From Kiritimatiellia bacterium (GTDB lineage: Bacteria > Verrucomicrobiota > Kiritimatiellia > RFP12 > UBA3636): 47,695 nt of DNA. Below, one piece after another: positions 1 through 7,848 of this stretch. The position numbers and the translations under genes are program-made. Every line of letters starts with the position of its first letter. The stretch's first letter is position 1. The stretch lies in assembly GCA_017457625.1 (NCBI GenBank), contig JAFTHC010000072.1, forward strand, positions 1 to 47,695, in the 5' to 3' direction. The notes below the pieces were generated by a model. The model searched no databases, was not told where the DNA came from, and was given only the letters and a program-made list of their open reading frames with translations.

Positions 1-261
1 CAGATACGTGCGCCAGAGTTCGCGCTCCCGCTTTTCGAGCCAGTAATGCCCCCGGCGGCGGAAAACCTGGTAGCGCCGCTCGAAGGCGCGGGCCAGCCCG
101 CCGAACATCTCCTGGAAGTTTTGCGAAAGCAACAGGGAAAGCGGGAGCGGCTCGCACGTGACCGGGGGCAGGCGCGGCGCGGGCGGCGGAGCCGGGCGTT
201 GCCACCAGGCGAGGCCTTGGCGGACCAGAAGGACCTGTTCCGCGAAATCGATGTCCGACAT
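1..261 (-). CDS. hypothetical protein, N-terminal part only (gene runs off the left edge)
   Basis: Own minus-strand translation from the ATG at 261: MSDIDFAEQVLLVRQGLAWWQRPAPPPAPRLPPVTCEPLPLSLLLSQNFQEMFGGLARAFERRYQVFRRRGHYWLEKRERELWRTYL. The frame is open to base 1 and third codon positions are G/C-rich. It is absent from the ORF track because there is no stop in the window. No family recognised. Confidence 0.45.
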   Translation of the reverse strand, partial: MSDIDFAEQVLLVRQGLAWWQRPAPPPAPRLPPVTCEPLPLSLLLSQNFQEMFGGLARAFERRYQVFRRRGHYWLEKRERELWRTYL

Positions 262-290
262 GATTCCTTGCGACATGTGGTAGACCTTGG

Positions 291-535
291 TTGCGGGTGG
301 AAAAAGAGACGTGGCGGGGTCTGGAAACCGGGTAGGCGAAGGGATGGGCGGAGAACGGGGATTGTAGCGCGCTGGTCGGGCGGAGAGCGTGGGCGGAGGG
401 AGGGTGGGTGCAGGACCGGTGGCCGGTCGGATAGAGGGAACGGAAGGCGGGAACGGAGAGCGGAGAGCGCTGGGTGGACGAGAACGGGCGGCGAGGGGGT
501 GGATCATCGCACGCCGGCGGAGGCGTGTCAAGCAA
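291..535 (+). other. strand-asymmetric purine-rich (G/A) non-coding tract containing a G-quadruplex-type motif
   Basis: The plus strand reads almost entirely as G/A runs (ggaaaaagagacgtggcgggg ... gggcggagggagggtgggtg ... ggaacggaaggcgggaacggagagcggagagc). GGGCGGAGGGAGGGTGGG at 391-408 fits the (G3N1-7)x4 pattern. Only an Arg/Gly-rich artefact ORF (46..567) covers it. Confidence 0.4.
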
Positions 536-933
536 AATCAACTACGGTCGGACAACAACGATTTTAAATAGGTTAGTGGTTGTTGAACCGCGGAATCCGA
601 CCGGGCAAACCGCAGGCGATTGGGCGAACCACAATATCCGTCCGACGAAAACAAGCAGGGACTAGAGTCCGTGACTGTCGCGCATACCGTCCCGCCGGCG
701 CGCGCATACAATTCGGTCAAATTCATCTTGCAATGGCCGCCCGTTTTTTGGATAATGCCGTCCCGTTCCGAGGGTCCGGTTTTCGGACCGTGCCGGCGGA
801 ACCACAACCGAACTTGCATTCTTGCTCCAAGAATCGCCACGGGAAATGTAGGAACCTTCCTCGGCCAGACCTCTTCGGCAGGGATGCGCGTACCAGCGCG
901 CCTCTCTTCGTTTCTCTGACCAGGCCTCCTACA

Positions 934-970
934 GCCTCCCGTGGAAAAACGCCGGGAGGCTTTCTTTCGC
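934..970 (+). terminator. intrinsic-terminator-like hairpin (or attenuator) 44 nt upstream of the 1014 start
   Basis: 8-bp stem GCCTCCCG (934-941) pairs with CGGGAGGC (953-960) around an 11-nt loop, followed by TTTCTTTCG (961-969). There is no T-tract in the minus orientation. No plus-strand CDS lies upstream, so it may end an sRNA or act as a leader switch. Confidence 0.45.
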
Positions 971-1013
971 CCAGCCCCCGACCCAACCCCAGGGCGAAGG
1001 AAACGACAGACGC

Positions 1014-1694
1014 ATGGCGCACGGCCCGACAACACCGAAACGAACTCCCGCGACCCGGATCGCCGCGGTTGTCCTTCTTCTGGCGGGACCGGCCTTGCCC
1101 GCCGCGGCGCAAGAGCGGCCCGACCGCGGGCGCGAGGCCCCCGTCGTCCGGCGGATCGATGCGTATCAGACGCCTCCGTCGGGGGGCTGGTCCCCCCTTG
1201 CCGTTTCGCTGCTGCCCGCTTCGTCCGTGCCGCCCGAAGACCACGACATCGGGTTGTTGCGGATCAATCTCCTTGCCGGCCGGCACCGGTCGCTGGCGGG
1301 ACTCGACGTCGGTCTTGTCGCCAACGACCTGACGGCGGGCCTGACAGGCGTCCAAGTCGCCGGATTCGTCAACACGGTTTCCCACTCCGAAGCCGGACTC
1401 CAGATCGCGGGCCTGCTCAACGGTTCGCGGCACGAGTTCACGGGGCTGCAGCTGGGGCTCGTCCTCAACCGGACGGACGGCGAGCACGCCGGCGCCCAGA
1501 TCGGACTCGTGAACAGGGCGGCCGCGCTCTCCGGACTGCAAGTCGGCTTCCTCAATTCGGTCGAACGGGGGCAGGGCGTCCAGATCGGCGTCTTCAACTT
1601 CGCCACCGTGTTCGAGGGTTTGCAGATCGGCCTTTCCAACGTGAACCGGGAGTCGTCCGTCCCCTTCTTCCCTCTCATCAACTTCGCGTTCTGA
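1014..1694 (+). CDS. secreted repeat protein with about eight tandem ~15-16 aa G-[LVA]-Q-[ILV]-[GA]-x-x-N repeats
   Basis: Signal peptide RIAAVVLLLAGPALPAAAQE. Repeats include GVQVAGFVN, GLQIAGLLN, GLQLGLVLN, GAQIGLVN, GLQVGFLN, GVQIGVFN and GLQIGLSN. Resembles the surface repeat proteins of the Leptospira/Bacteroidota GxQxGxxN type; this is from memory and was not searched. Confidence 0.8.
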   Translation: MAHGPTTPKRTPATRIAAVVLLLAGPALPAAAQERPDRGREAPVVRRIDAYQTPPSGGWSPLAVSLLPASSVPPEDHDIGLLRINLLAGRHRSLAGLDVGLVANDLTAGLTGVQVAGFVNTVSHSEAGLQIAGLLNGSRHEFTGLQLGLVLNRTDGEHAGAQIGLVNRAAALSGLQVGFLNSVERGQGVQIGVFNFATVFEGLQIGLSNVNRESSVPFFPLINFAF

Positions 1695-1698
1695 CGGC

Positions 1699-2097
1699 AT
1701 GAAGACGAATCATTTCCAAACCCTTTTCGCGGCCGTCCTGCTATCGGTTTGTTCCGCAGGTTGTCTTGCGCCCCGCACTGCGGGCGTTGACATACAAAAC
1801 GGCGAACTCCGTGTGGCCGACGCCGCGTTTCTTTCCCGTCTCGTTCTCGTCAAGGAAGCCACACAACGAACGCCGGAAGGGTTCCTTCGGGTTTCCGTTT
1901 CCGTTGAAAATTCCGGGACGCGCACGTATCCCTGTCAATATCGGTTCGTCTGGCTCGACGCGGACGGCCTTGAAATCGACTCGGCAAAGTCCCAATGGAC
2001 GCCCGTATTTCTCCTCGGCCGCCAGAAACTGGACCTCCAGCGGACCTCTCCTACTATCGACGCGGCGGGATACAGGCTTGAAATCCGGCGTCAATGA
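1699..2097 (+). CDS. YcfL-like lipoprotein (DUF1425 family)
   Basis: Lipobox LLSVCSAGC. The YcfL-like core is SVENSGTRTYPCQYRFVWLDADGLEI...SQWTPVFLLGRQ. Starts 5 nt after the previous stop. Confidence 0.8.
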   Translation: MKTNHFQTLFAAVLLSVCSAGCLAPRTAGVDIQNGELRVADAAFLSRLVLVKEATQRTPEGFLRVSVSVENSGTRTYPCQYRFVWLDADGLEIDSAKSQWTPVFLLGRQKLDLQRTSPTIDAAGYRLEIRRQ

Positions 2098-2125
2098 TCC
2101 ACGAACGAAAGACCGACAAGAAACC

Positions 2126-3127
2126 ATGAAGAGCATCACGCGACTTTTAACAATCCTTCTTGTTTCGACCATCGCGTCCGCCGGGGCGGAACCCATCGAC
2201 GCCCTTCTCGTCGTAAGGAACAACGATGCGGAGTTCATGGGCTCCCTTGCAGACATAGGCGTCGGCCTTTCGTCCGCTCTTTCCGGATCGCAATTTGCGG
2301 TCATCGATCCGAAAGACGTCGCGGAAGAGGGGATTGACACAGGCGTCTGGGGCGGCGGCTTGGCGACAGCTTCGGCGGTTCGACTTGCCGAGGCGTGCGA
2401 CGCCCAGGTGTTGCTGACGGCTACGGTCGATTCGTCCGACACGGAAGATTTCGGGAATCCTCCTGTCGCCCGGCGGCTTTCGATCAAGATCACGTTGCAA
2501 GCCAAGCGCCTTCCCAAAGGAGCGACCATCGCGTCCGCCGACGCTTCGGGCATGACGGAAAAACACCTGATTGACGAATACCGACGGAACGAGAAGAAAA
2601 TCAAGCACGATCTCGTTTCCTCAGTCGTTGCCGAAGCGTCCGAGCGGTTCTTGGAAGCCTGCCGCGGTCCTTTGTCCCGGCTGCCCGACACGGAGGGACG
2701 CGTTGAAGTCGCGTTTGGATGCAATCTGCCTGGTGCGTCGCTCGTTGTGGACGGTTCATCTCGCGGAACATTGCCATCGTCGGGAGAATCTCCGCTTCGT
2801 CTGCATTTTTCCCCGGGACTCCATCGGGTCGAAGTCGAGTTGGCGGGGATGGAAACATTCCGAACCCAAGCCAAGTTCGAGGGCGGGACAACGTTCCTCG
2901 TTGTCCTTCGCGAAAACGAGGAAGGACGCGCCCGACGGATGGATGACGAGAGGTTTGCAACGGCCATGGACCGGTTGCGCGAATCCGGCAAAACGGATGA
3001 CGCCGCAAAACTCGTCAAAGCGGAAGGATACGGAAAATACCTGTCCGCGAGCCACGTCCGCGTCGAAGGCATGCCGGACATATTGGACCATTCCGCTTTC
3101 AACCTCCCCGAGGAACCAATTCGATGA
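2126..3127 (+). CDS. secreted PEGA-domain protein
   Basis: Internal start MKSITRLLTILLVSTIASAGA (signal peptide) within ORF 1766..3127; the upstream extension overlaps the ycfL-like gene and is Arg/Ser-rich. PEGA-like segment: VEVAFGCNLPGASLVVDGSSRGTLP...LHFSPGLHRVEVELAGMETF. Confidence 0.75.
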   Translation: MKSITRLLTILLVSTIASAGAEPIDALLVVRNNDAEFMGSLADIGVGLSSALSGSQFAVIDPKDVAEEGIDTGVWGGGLATASAVRLAEACDAQVLLTATVDSSDTEDFGNPPVARRLSIKITLQAKRLPKGATIASADASGMTEKHLIDEYRRNEKKIKHDLVSSVVAEASERFLEACRGPLSRLPDTEGRVEVAFGCNLPGASLVVDGSSRGTLPSSGESPLRLHFSPGLHRVEVELAGMETFRTQAKFEGGTTFLVVLRENEEGRARRMDDERFATAMDRLRESGKTDDAAKLVKAEGYGKYLSASHVRVEGMPDILDHSAFNLPEEPIR

Positions 3128-3687
3128 ATCACGCCGTCCGGGCGGCCCTTTCGGTCGCGTTTCTGTTTTGTTTCGCCGCGAGTTGCCTTGCACCCGCTCC
3201 GCCCAAACCTAGCTTTCGAAATCTCTCCGCCCTTGAGGAGCGCCTCAGGACGAATCTCAACGGAGCCGCCGCGTTCCAGTCGTTTCTGGCCGAGCGGAAG
3301 GCATTGCTCGGGCGGAATCCGGTCATCCAGGTCGGCAACATCCGGAACAAAACGACAGATCACGAAATGCCCCTTCGCATTGCCGGTCTGCGCATGCACT
3401 TGCGTGGCGGTTTGGTTTCCGCCGGGTCCATGACGGTCGTGGACGACCACGGCGCCCGGGATTCCCAGGCCGGGGAAATCGTCGAAAGCATTGAAGCCAA
3501 TGCAGGACTCGGTCTTCGGGACAACGCCAACGTTCAGGCTTTTGGAACCCATTTGTCGCCCGATCTGACGTTGCGGGGGACCCTTTCATCCTATGACGGA
3601 GGCGACGTATGCGAATTACTTCTTGAAATCGTGGACCTTTCCACAGGAAGCATCGTCTGGCAAGACTGGTCACAACTCGGACTCTAA
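3124..3687 (+). CDS. LpoB-like lipoprotein (COG3417, penicillin-binding-protein activator family)
   Basis: Lipobox FCFAASC. The segments PVIQVGNIRNKTTDH and LLLEIVDLSTGSIVWQD align with E. coli LpoB (LLVDSVNNRTNG ... LQMQLMLVQTGEIIWSG). 4-nt ATGA overlap with the PEGA gene. Confidence 0.7.
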   Translation: MNHAVRAALSVAFLFCFAASCLAPAPPKPSFRNLSALEERLRTNLNGAAAFQSFLAERKALLGRNPVIQVGNIRNKTTDHEMPLRIAGLRMHLRGGLVSAGSMTVVDDHGARDSQAGEIVESIEANAGLGLRDNANVQAFGTHLSPDLTLRGTLSSYDGGDVCELLLEIVDLSTGSIVWQDWSQLGL

Positions 3688-3740
3688 TCCCTTTCGCCGA
3701 GGCATTTCGGCGGAAAACAACAAACAAAACAAACAAAAAC

Positions 3741-4220
3741 ATGAAAAAGACAAACCTCTCCGCACTCGCCGCCGCGGCCGTTGCGCTCGCGCTCGGCTCG
3801 GGCTGCGCTTCCCAGGGCATCACGTCGGGAGCCGACTACGCCCGATTCCCGAACACCGAAACCGAACGGTACATCCTGAAATACGACGTCAAGCCGACTC
3901 AAGTCTCGACATCGGCACAGGTAACCCGCGCGCTCGGCCTCACGTTCGGCGCGCCCTCCACCGTGATTCTCAACGACCGCGACGCCAAGTCCGGCATTTT
4001 GTTCACGATTTTCGGCAAGGGCATGACGGACGCGAAGAACGCCGCGCTCAACAAGGCTTTGCTCGAGAACAAGTGCGAGGCGATCCTCGGAGCCCGTTAC
4101 CAGATCGACAAGAAGGACTATGTCCTGTTCAGCACCTATGATTGCAAGATCACCGGTTGGCCGGCCACGGCGAAAAGCCTTGACAAGGTGGAAAAACCGG
4201 AATCCAAAGCCAACAAATAA
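3741..4220 (+). CDS. lipoprotein, unknown function
   Basis: Lipobox ALALGSGC. Balanced amino-acid composition. Preceded by an A/C-rich leader aaaacaacaaacaaaacaaacaaaaac (3714-3740). Confidence 0.75.
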   Translation: MKKTNLSALAAAAVALALGSGCASQGITSGADYARFPNTETERYILKYDVKPTQVSTSAQVTRALGLTFGAPSTVILNDRDAKSGILFTIFGKGMTDAKNAALNKALLENKCEAILGARYQIDKKDYVLFSTYDCKITGWPATAKSLDKVEKPESKANK

Positions 4221-4272
4221 CCCCGACCGGAGATCCGGAGCCGGAACGCCCGGCTCCGGATTTCCGCTTTAC

Positions 4273-5436
4273 ATGAAACCTACAGCATTGCATCCTCTTT
4301 TTCCGCGTTTGCGGAACGTTTGCATCGCGTTTTTGCCGGCGGTCCTGGCTGGTTGCGTTTCGCCGGATCCGCGCGGCATCTGGCTGCAGGGCCGGGAATT
4401 GGAAGGGGCTGGCATGCGGAGCCGCGCCGCGGAATTCTACCAAACGGCGGCGAACACGGATTTTCCGATAGCCCAATACGATCTGGCACGGCTGTTCTGG
4501 GCGTCTGGCGGCATTGAGGAACAAAAACACGCACTCCTGCTTTGGCTTGACATATCCCAGGTCGACCCGACAAACTTCCTGTTCGGACGCAACGATTCCG
4601 GGGCCGACCCCGCCGCCATCGCGTCTCTCCTGGAATTGGAAAAGGCCTTTAAAAACGGCACTTGCGTGGCCAAGGACGGGAAAGTCGCTGAATTTCTCTT
4701 TTCGAAAGCGGCCGAAATAGCCAAAAGGCCTTCAGTGGAAGCTTGGCTCCGCAAATACGGCGGCCTTTCCGAATCGGCGGCTCTCGAGAGGGCTATCTCC
4801 CATGCGCGCCTCCCGGGAAAGTCCGGCGTGGTTCGCGCGAAAACGGAGTTTGACTATTTCTACATCCGCAGTTTGATCGATCGGGATTCCACCCCCAAAA
4901 ACGGCATCCCGGCGGGCGGAGACGGATACGAACTCATCTCGCAGGGACAGACCGCAGACGGTCTGACGTGGACGTTCGAAGCAGAGCCGCAGGAAGGTTC
5001 GGACAAATTGAACGCACAAAGTCGTTTCGTTGCCGATGCCGGCCGCATCATGAAGGAAACGTATTTGAACTCTCACCCGGGAACCGATCCGGAAACCGTC
5101 TTTATCGCCGACAAATACCGACGCTTCCGCGGCGGCATGTTCACGTACCAAGCGGATATCGTAGTAATCGGGCGGGCGGAAGTATCTCTGCCGGGTTTTT
5201 CCGTTTCGTCCCAGACGGGCCACGGCGTCCTTCGCGTCCCGTGCGACGCGGCCAGGATCGGAAACGCCTTCGCATTTGCGCAAGGCAATATCGAAACCAT
5301 CGTCAATTCCCAAAACGTGCTCTTGACCACCGGAAGAAAACCGTCTTCCGGCGCCCATTACCGCGTGGACGACGTGAAAACGATTCCGGGCGCGGACGGC
5401 ACCACGTTGCTCGAAATCAATTTCACCGTCGAATAA
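4273..5436 (+). CDS. lipoprotein with Sel1/TPR-like N-terminal repeat, unknown function
   Basis: Internal start MKPTALHPLF... with lipobox PAVLAGC inside ORF 4120..5436. Sel1-like segment: AAEFYQTAANTDFPIAQYDLARLFWASGGIEEQKHALLLW. Ends 15 nt before cpaB. Confidence 0.7.
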   Translation: MKPTALHPLFPRLRNVCIAFLPAVLAGCVSPDPRGIWLQGRELEGAGMRSRAAEFYQTAANTDFPIAQYDLARLFWASGGIEEQKHALLLWLDISQVDPTNFLFGRNDSGADPAAIASLLELEKAFKNGTCVAKDGKVAEFLFSKAAEIAKRPSVEAWLRKYGGLSESAALERAISHARLPGKSGVVRAKTEFDYFYIRSLIDRDSTPKNGIPAGGDGYELISQGQTADGLTWTFEAEPQEGSDKLNAQSRFVADAGRIMKETYLNSHPGTDPETVFIADKYRRFRGGMFTYQADIVVIGRAEVSLPGFSVSSQTGHGVLRVPCDAARIGNAFAFAQGNIETIVNSQNVLLTTGRKPSSGAHYRVDDVKTIPGADGTTLLEINFTVE

Positions 5437-5451
5437 GGAGTCCAGACGCCC

Positions 5452-6168
5452 ATGAAAAACGCAATTCCCCTCGTCGTGGCCGTGTTGTTCGGCCTGGCCG
5501 CCGTGTTCGCGGTGAGCAACCGGCTTTCGAAAACGGAGCGGGCCGCCGCGTCCGGGACGGAGACGACGGCCGTCCTCGTCGCGCGGACCGACGTGCGCGC
5601 GGGCGAAGTCCTTTCGGACAAGAACCTCCGGACGCGCCGGATTCCCAGGGCTGCGTTCCGGGAAGGGCAGCACATGCGCGCGGAGGACCTCAATCTCGTG
5701 TCGGGGCAGCGCGTCCGCGCCGCCCTGTCGGACGGGGATTACCTTTTTGCCGGCGATCTGGCGCGCGCGGAAGGGACGGACGCCGGCGCCGCCGAACCGG
5801 GCAAATGGATCGTGCCGGTCCATTTCTCGGACTCGACGCTCCTGCGCGCCGGGCTGCTCGCCGCCGGCGACGAATTCGCCCTCGTGGCGCGCGGCGCGAT
5901 CCACCGGACGGTCCGCGGGACGGACGAGTCGGAGCCGGCCCGCGACGTTTCCGAGGACGGCATGTACGTGCTGTTCCCCTGCCTGCGCGTCCACCGGACC
6001 GCACCGGACGGAGCCTTCGTCTGCCTGCCGCCGGAGGAGGCCATGAGGCTCCAGCTCGCGCAGCTTTCGCTCGAACTCTACCCGATGCTCCGGATGCGCA
6101 ACGACCCGCGCAACGCGGACGCGGCGGCCCTTCCGCAGATCCGCGGCTCGCAACTCCGCGCGCGGTGA
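5452..6168 (+). CDS. cpaB: Flp pilus assembly protein CpaB/RcpC
   Basis: N-terminal TM IPLVVAVLFGLAAVFAV followed by a SAF-like segment VLVARTDVRAGEVLSDKNL. AAGGAG sits upstream. Position is immediately before the secretin. Confidence 0.85.
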   Translation: MKNAIPLVVAVLFGLAAVFAVSNRLSKTERAAASGTETTAVLVARTDVRAGEVLSDKNLRTRRIPRAAFREGQHMRAEDLNLVSGQRVRAALSDGDYLFAGDLARAEGTDAGAAEPGKWIVPVHFSDSTLLRAGLLAAGDEFALVARGAIHRTVRGTDESEPARDVSEDGMYVLFPCLRVHRTAPDGAFVCLPPEEAMRLQLAQLSLELYPMLRMRNDPRNADAAALPQIRGSQLRAR

Positions 6169-6223
6169 CGCGAGGTCCGTCTCCTTGTTTTCCCTTTTTC
6201 CCGATTCCACCTCCCAACGACCC

Positions 6224-7831
6224 ATGAAACGACTCCTGTCCCCCGCACCCGTCCTTGCCGCGCTGATCCTGGCCGCCGGGTCCGCCGGCGCCGACGCGGA
6301 CGCACTCACCGTCGAACTGCGGCCGAACGAAGCCGGAACGCTCGAACTGGATTTCGTCCCGGCGTCCTTCCTGCCCGTGTCCGGGAAGGGGCTCGTGAAA
6401 GCGGACGTCTTTCCCGGGCTTGCGACCGTTTCCCTTGTCGCGGGGGCCCGCCCCGGCTCGGCGCAGTTCCGTTTCATGGACGCGTCCGGGACGTCCGTCG
6501 CCCTCGTGACGGCGGTCGTCGTCTCCGAACTGGATTCCGTCCACGCCTCGCTCGTCCGCGAACTCGACGAATCGTTTCCGGGCCTGCGGGCCGAGAAGGG
6601 GTCGCGTGTCGTCGTCGTGAAGGGGACGGTGACGAGCGAGGCGAAATGGAACGCCCTCCGCGACCTTCTGGCCTCGGGCGAATACGCCGGGCTCGTGGAG
6701 TCGCGCGTCCGGTTCGGCGCGGACGCCGGAACGGTGTCCCGCCTCCGGGCGGCGCTCGCGAAAGCGGGACTTTCCGTGGCGGAGCCGGACGCCGAACCGG
6801 GTCCCGGCCAGATCGCCGTGGCCTACGCCAAGGAAGAAAACGAACTGTCGGTTTCCGGCCAAGTCTGGACGAAGGCGGAGCTGGACGCAATCGGCGACGT
6901 CCTCGGCCGCCAGAGCTGGCTCGCCGCCCCGGGCGACGCTTCGCCCGACGCGGAGAAGAAGGTCCGCACGGTCCTCTCCGTTTCGCTCGACCGCTCGCCG
7001 CTGGAGATGAGCGTCGCCGTCCTGAGCGTGGACAAGACGAAGAGCCGCGAGATCGGCAGCGACATGGCGCCGACCGTGGCGGCGGCCTTCAAGGGCTTCT
7101 ACAATTTCCTGACCGGCGAACACGCCAGCGAAGTCTTCCGGCTCGACATCGATTTCGCGACCACGGTCCGCGCGATCGCCGGCGCCGGGGCTTCCCGCAA
7201 CAGCATGAAGGCGGTTTTCACGTTCCTCGCCAACGACGAGACGCCGCAGACGGCCCACTTCGGCTCGTCGCTCACGGTGACGCCCGTTTCGTCGGGCGAC
7301 GGATCCGCCGGCGACAAGGAAAAATACGAACTGGGGCTCGTCCTCGTTTCGAACGGGACGAAACCGATTTCGGCCGACGAGGCGGAGATCCACCTGGATT
7401 TCACCTACAACGGACCGGTCGAATCGAAATACGTCGGCATGCCGGGCGGCGGCGCCGTCGAGACCGGGCATTCGGTCCACAAGCTCCCTTCGCTCGTGCG
7501 CAACTGCCGCTACGGGCGGACCATCGCCGTGGCCGGCTACGAAAAGATCGTCAAGAACGACACGGAGCCCGAAGGCCTGCCGCTGCTGCGGCACATCCCC
7601 GTCATCAACTGGTTCGTGGCCAAGGAATCGCATTTCGACGAAAAACTCACGATGGTCATACTCGTGAGCATCCGGAAAATCGGCGACGACGAAGCGCCGC
7701 GCGAAGGCATCGGCCCCATCGACGACATTTCGGGCGACATGGACAAACCCTACCAAAAAATCCTCGATCCGGAGAAGGGAACGGCCGGCCGGCCGGACGA
7801 GCGCTCGCTCGTCGACTGGTTCCGGTGGTAG
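6224..7831 (+). CDS. cpaC: secretin (CpaC/RcpA family)
   Basis: Signal peptide MKRLLSPAPVLAALILAAGSAGA. C-terminal secretin signature: LPLLRHIPVINWFVAKESHFDEKLTMVILVSIRKI. Confidence 0.85.
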   Translation: MKRLLSPAPVLAALILAAGSAGADADALTVELRPNEAGTLELDFVPASFLPVSGKGLVKADVFPGLATVSLVAGARPGSAQFRFMDASGTSVALVTAVVVSELDSVHASLVRELDESFPGLRAEKGSRVVVVKGTVTSEAKWNALRDLLASGEYAGLVESRVRFGADAGTVSRLRAALAKAGLSVAEPDAEPGPGQIAVAYAKEENELSVSGQVWTKAELDAIGDVLGRQSWLAAPGDASPDAEKKVRTVLSVSLDRSPLEMSVAVLSVDKTKSREIGSDMAPTVAAAFKGFYNFLTGEHASEVFRLDIDFATTVRAIAGAGASRNSMKAVFTFLANDETPQTAHFGSSLTVTPVSSGDGSAGDKEKYELGLVLVSNGTKPISADEAEIHLDFTYNGPVESKYVGMPGGGAVETGHSVHKLPSLVRNCRYGRTIAVAGYEKIVKNDTEPEGLPLLRHIPVINWFVAKESHFDEKLTMVILVSIRKIGDDEAPREGIGPIDDISGDMDKPYQKILDPEKGTAGRPDERSLVDWFRW

Positions 7832-7848
7832 GAAACGGCGTTCCGCGC

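Noticed and set aside
46-567. 173 aa plus-strand ORF in the left intergenic region
   Set aside because: Its first part is antisense to the better-supported minus-strand gene (1..261). The rest is translation of the purine-rich tract into Gly/Arg/Glu repeats.
6646-7848. N-terminal 400-codon extension of the CpaF ORF (track ORF 6646..9540). The same issue applies to extensions 27300..28178, 24739..25155, 18548..19591, 11865..12809 and 1766..2125.
   Set aside because: Each extension overlaps the preceding well-supported gene in another frame and is Arg-rich. Internal starts give signal peptides or domain starts and tight gene-to-gene spacing.
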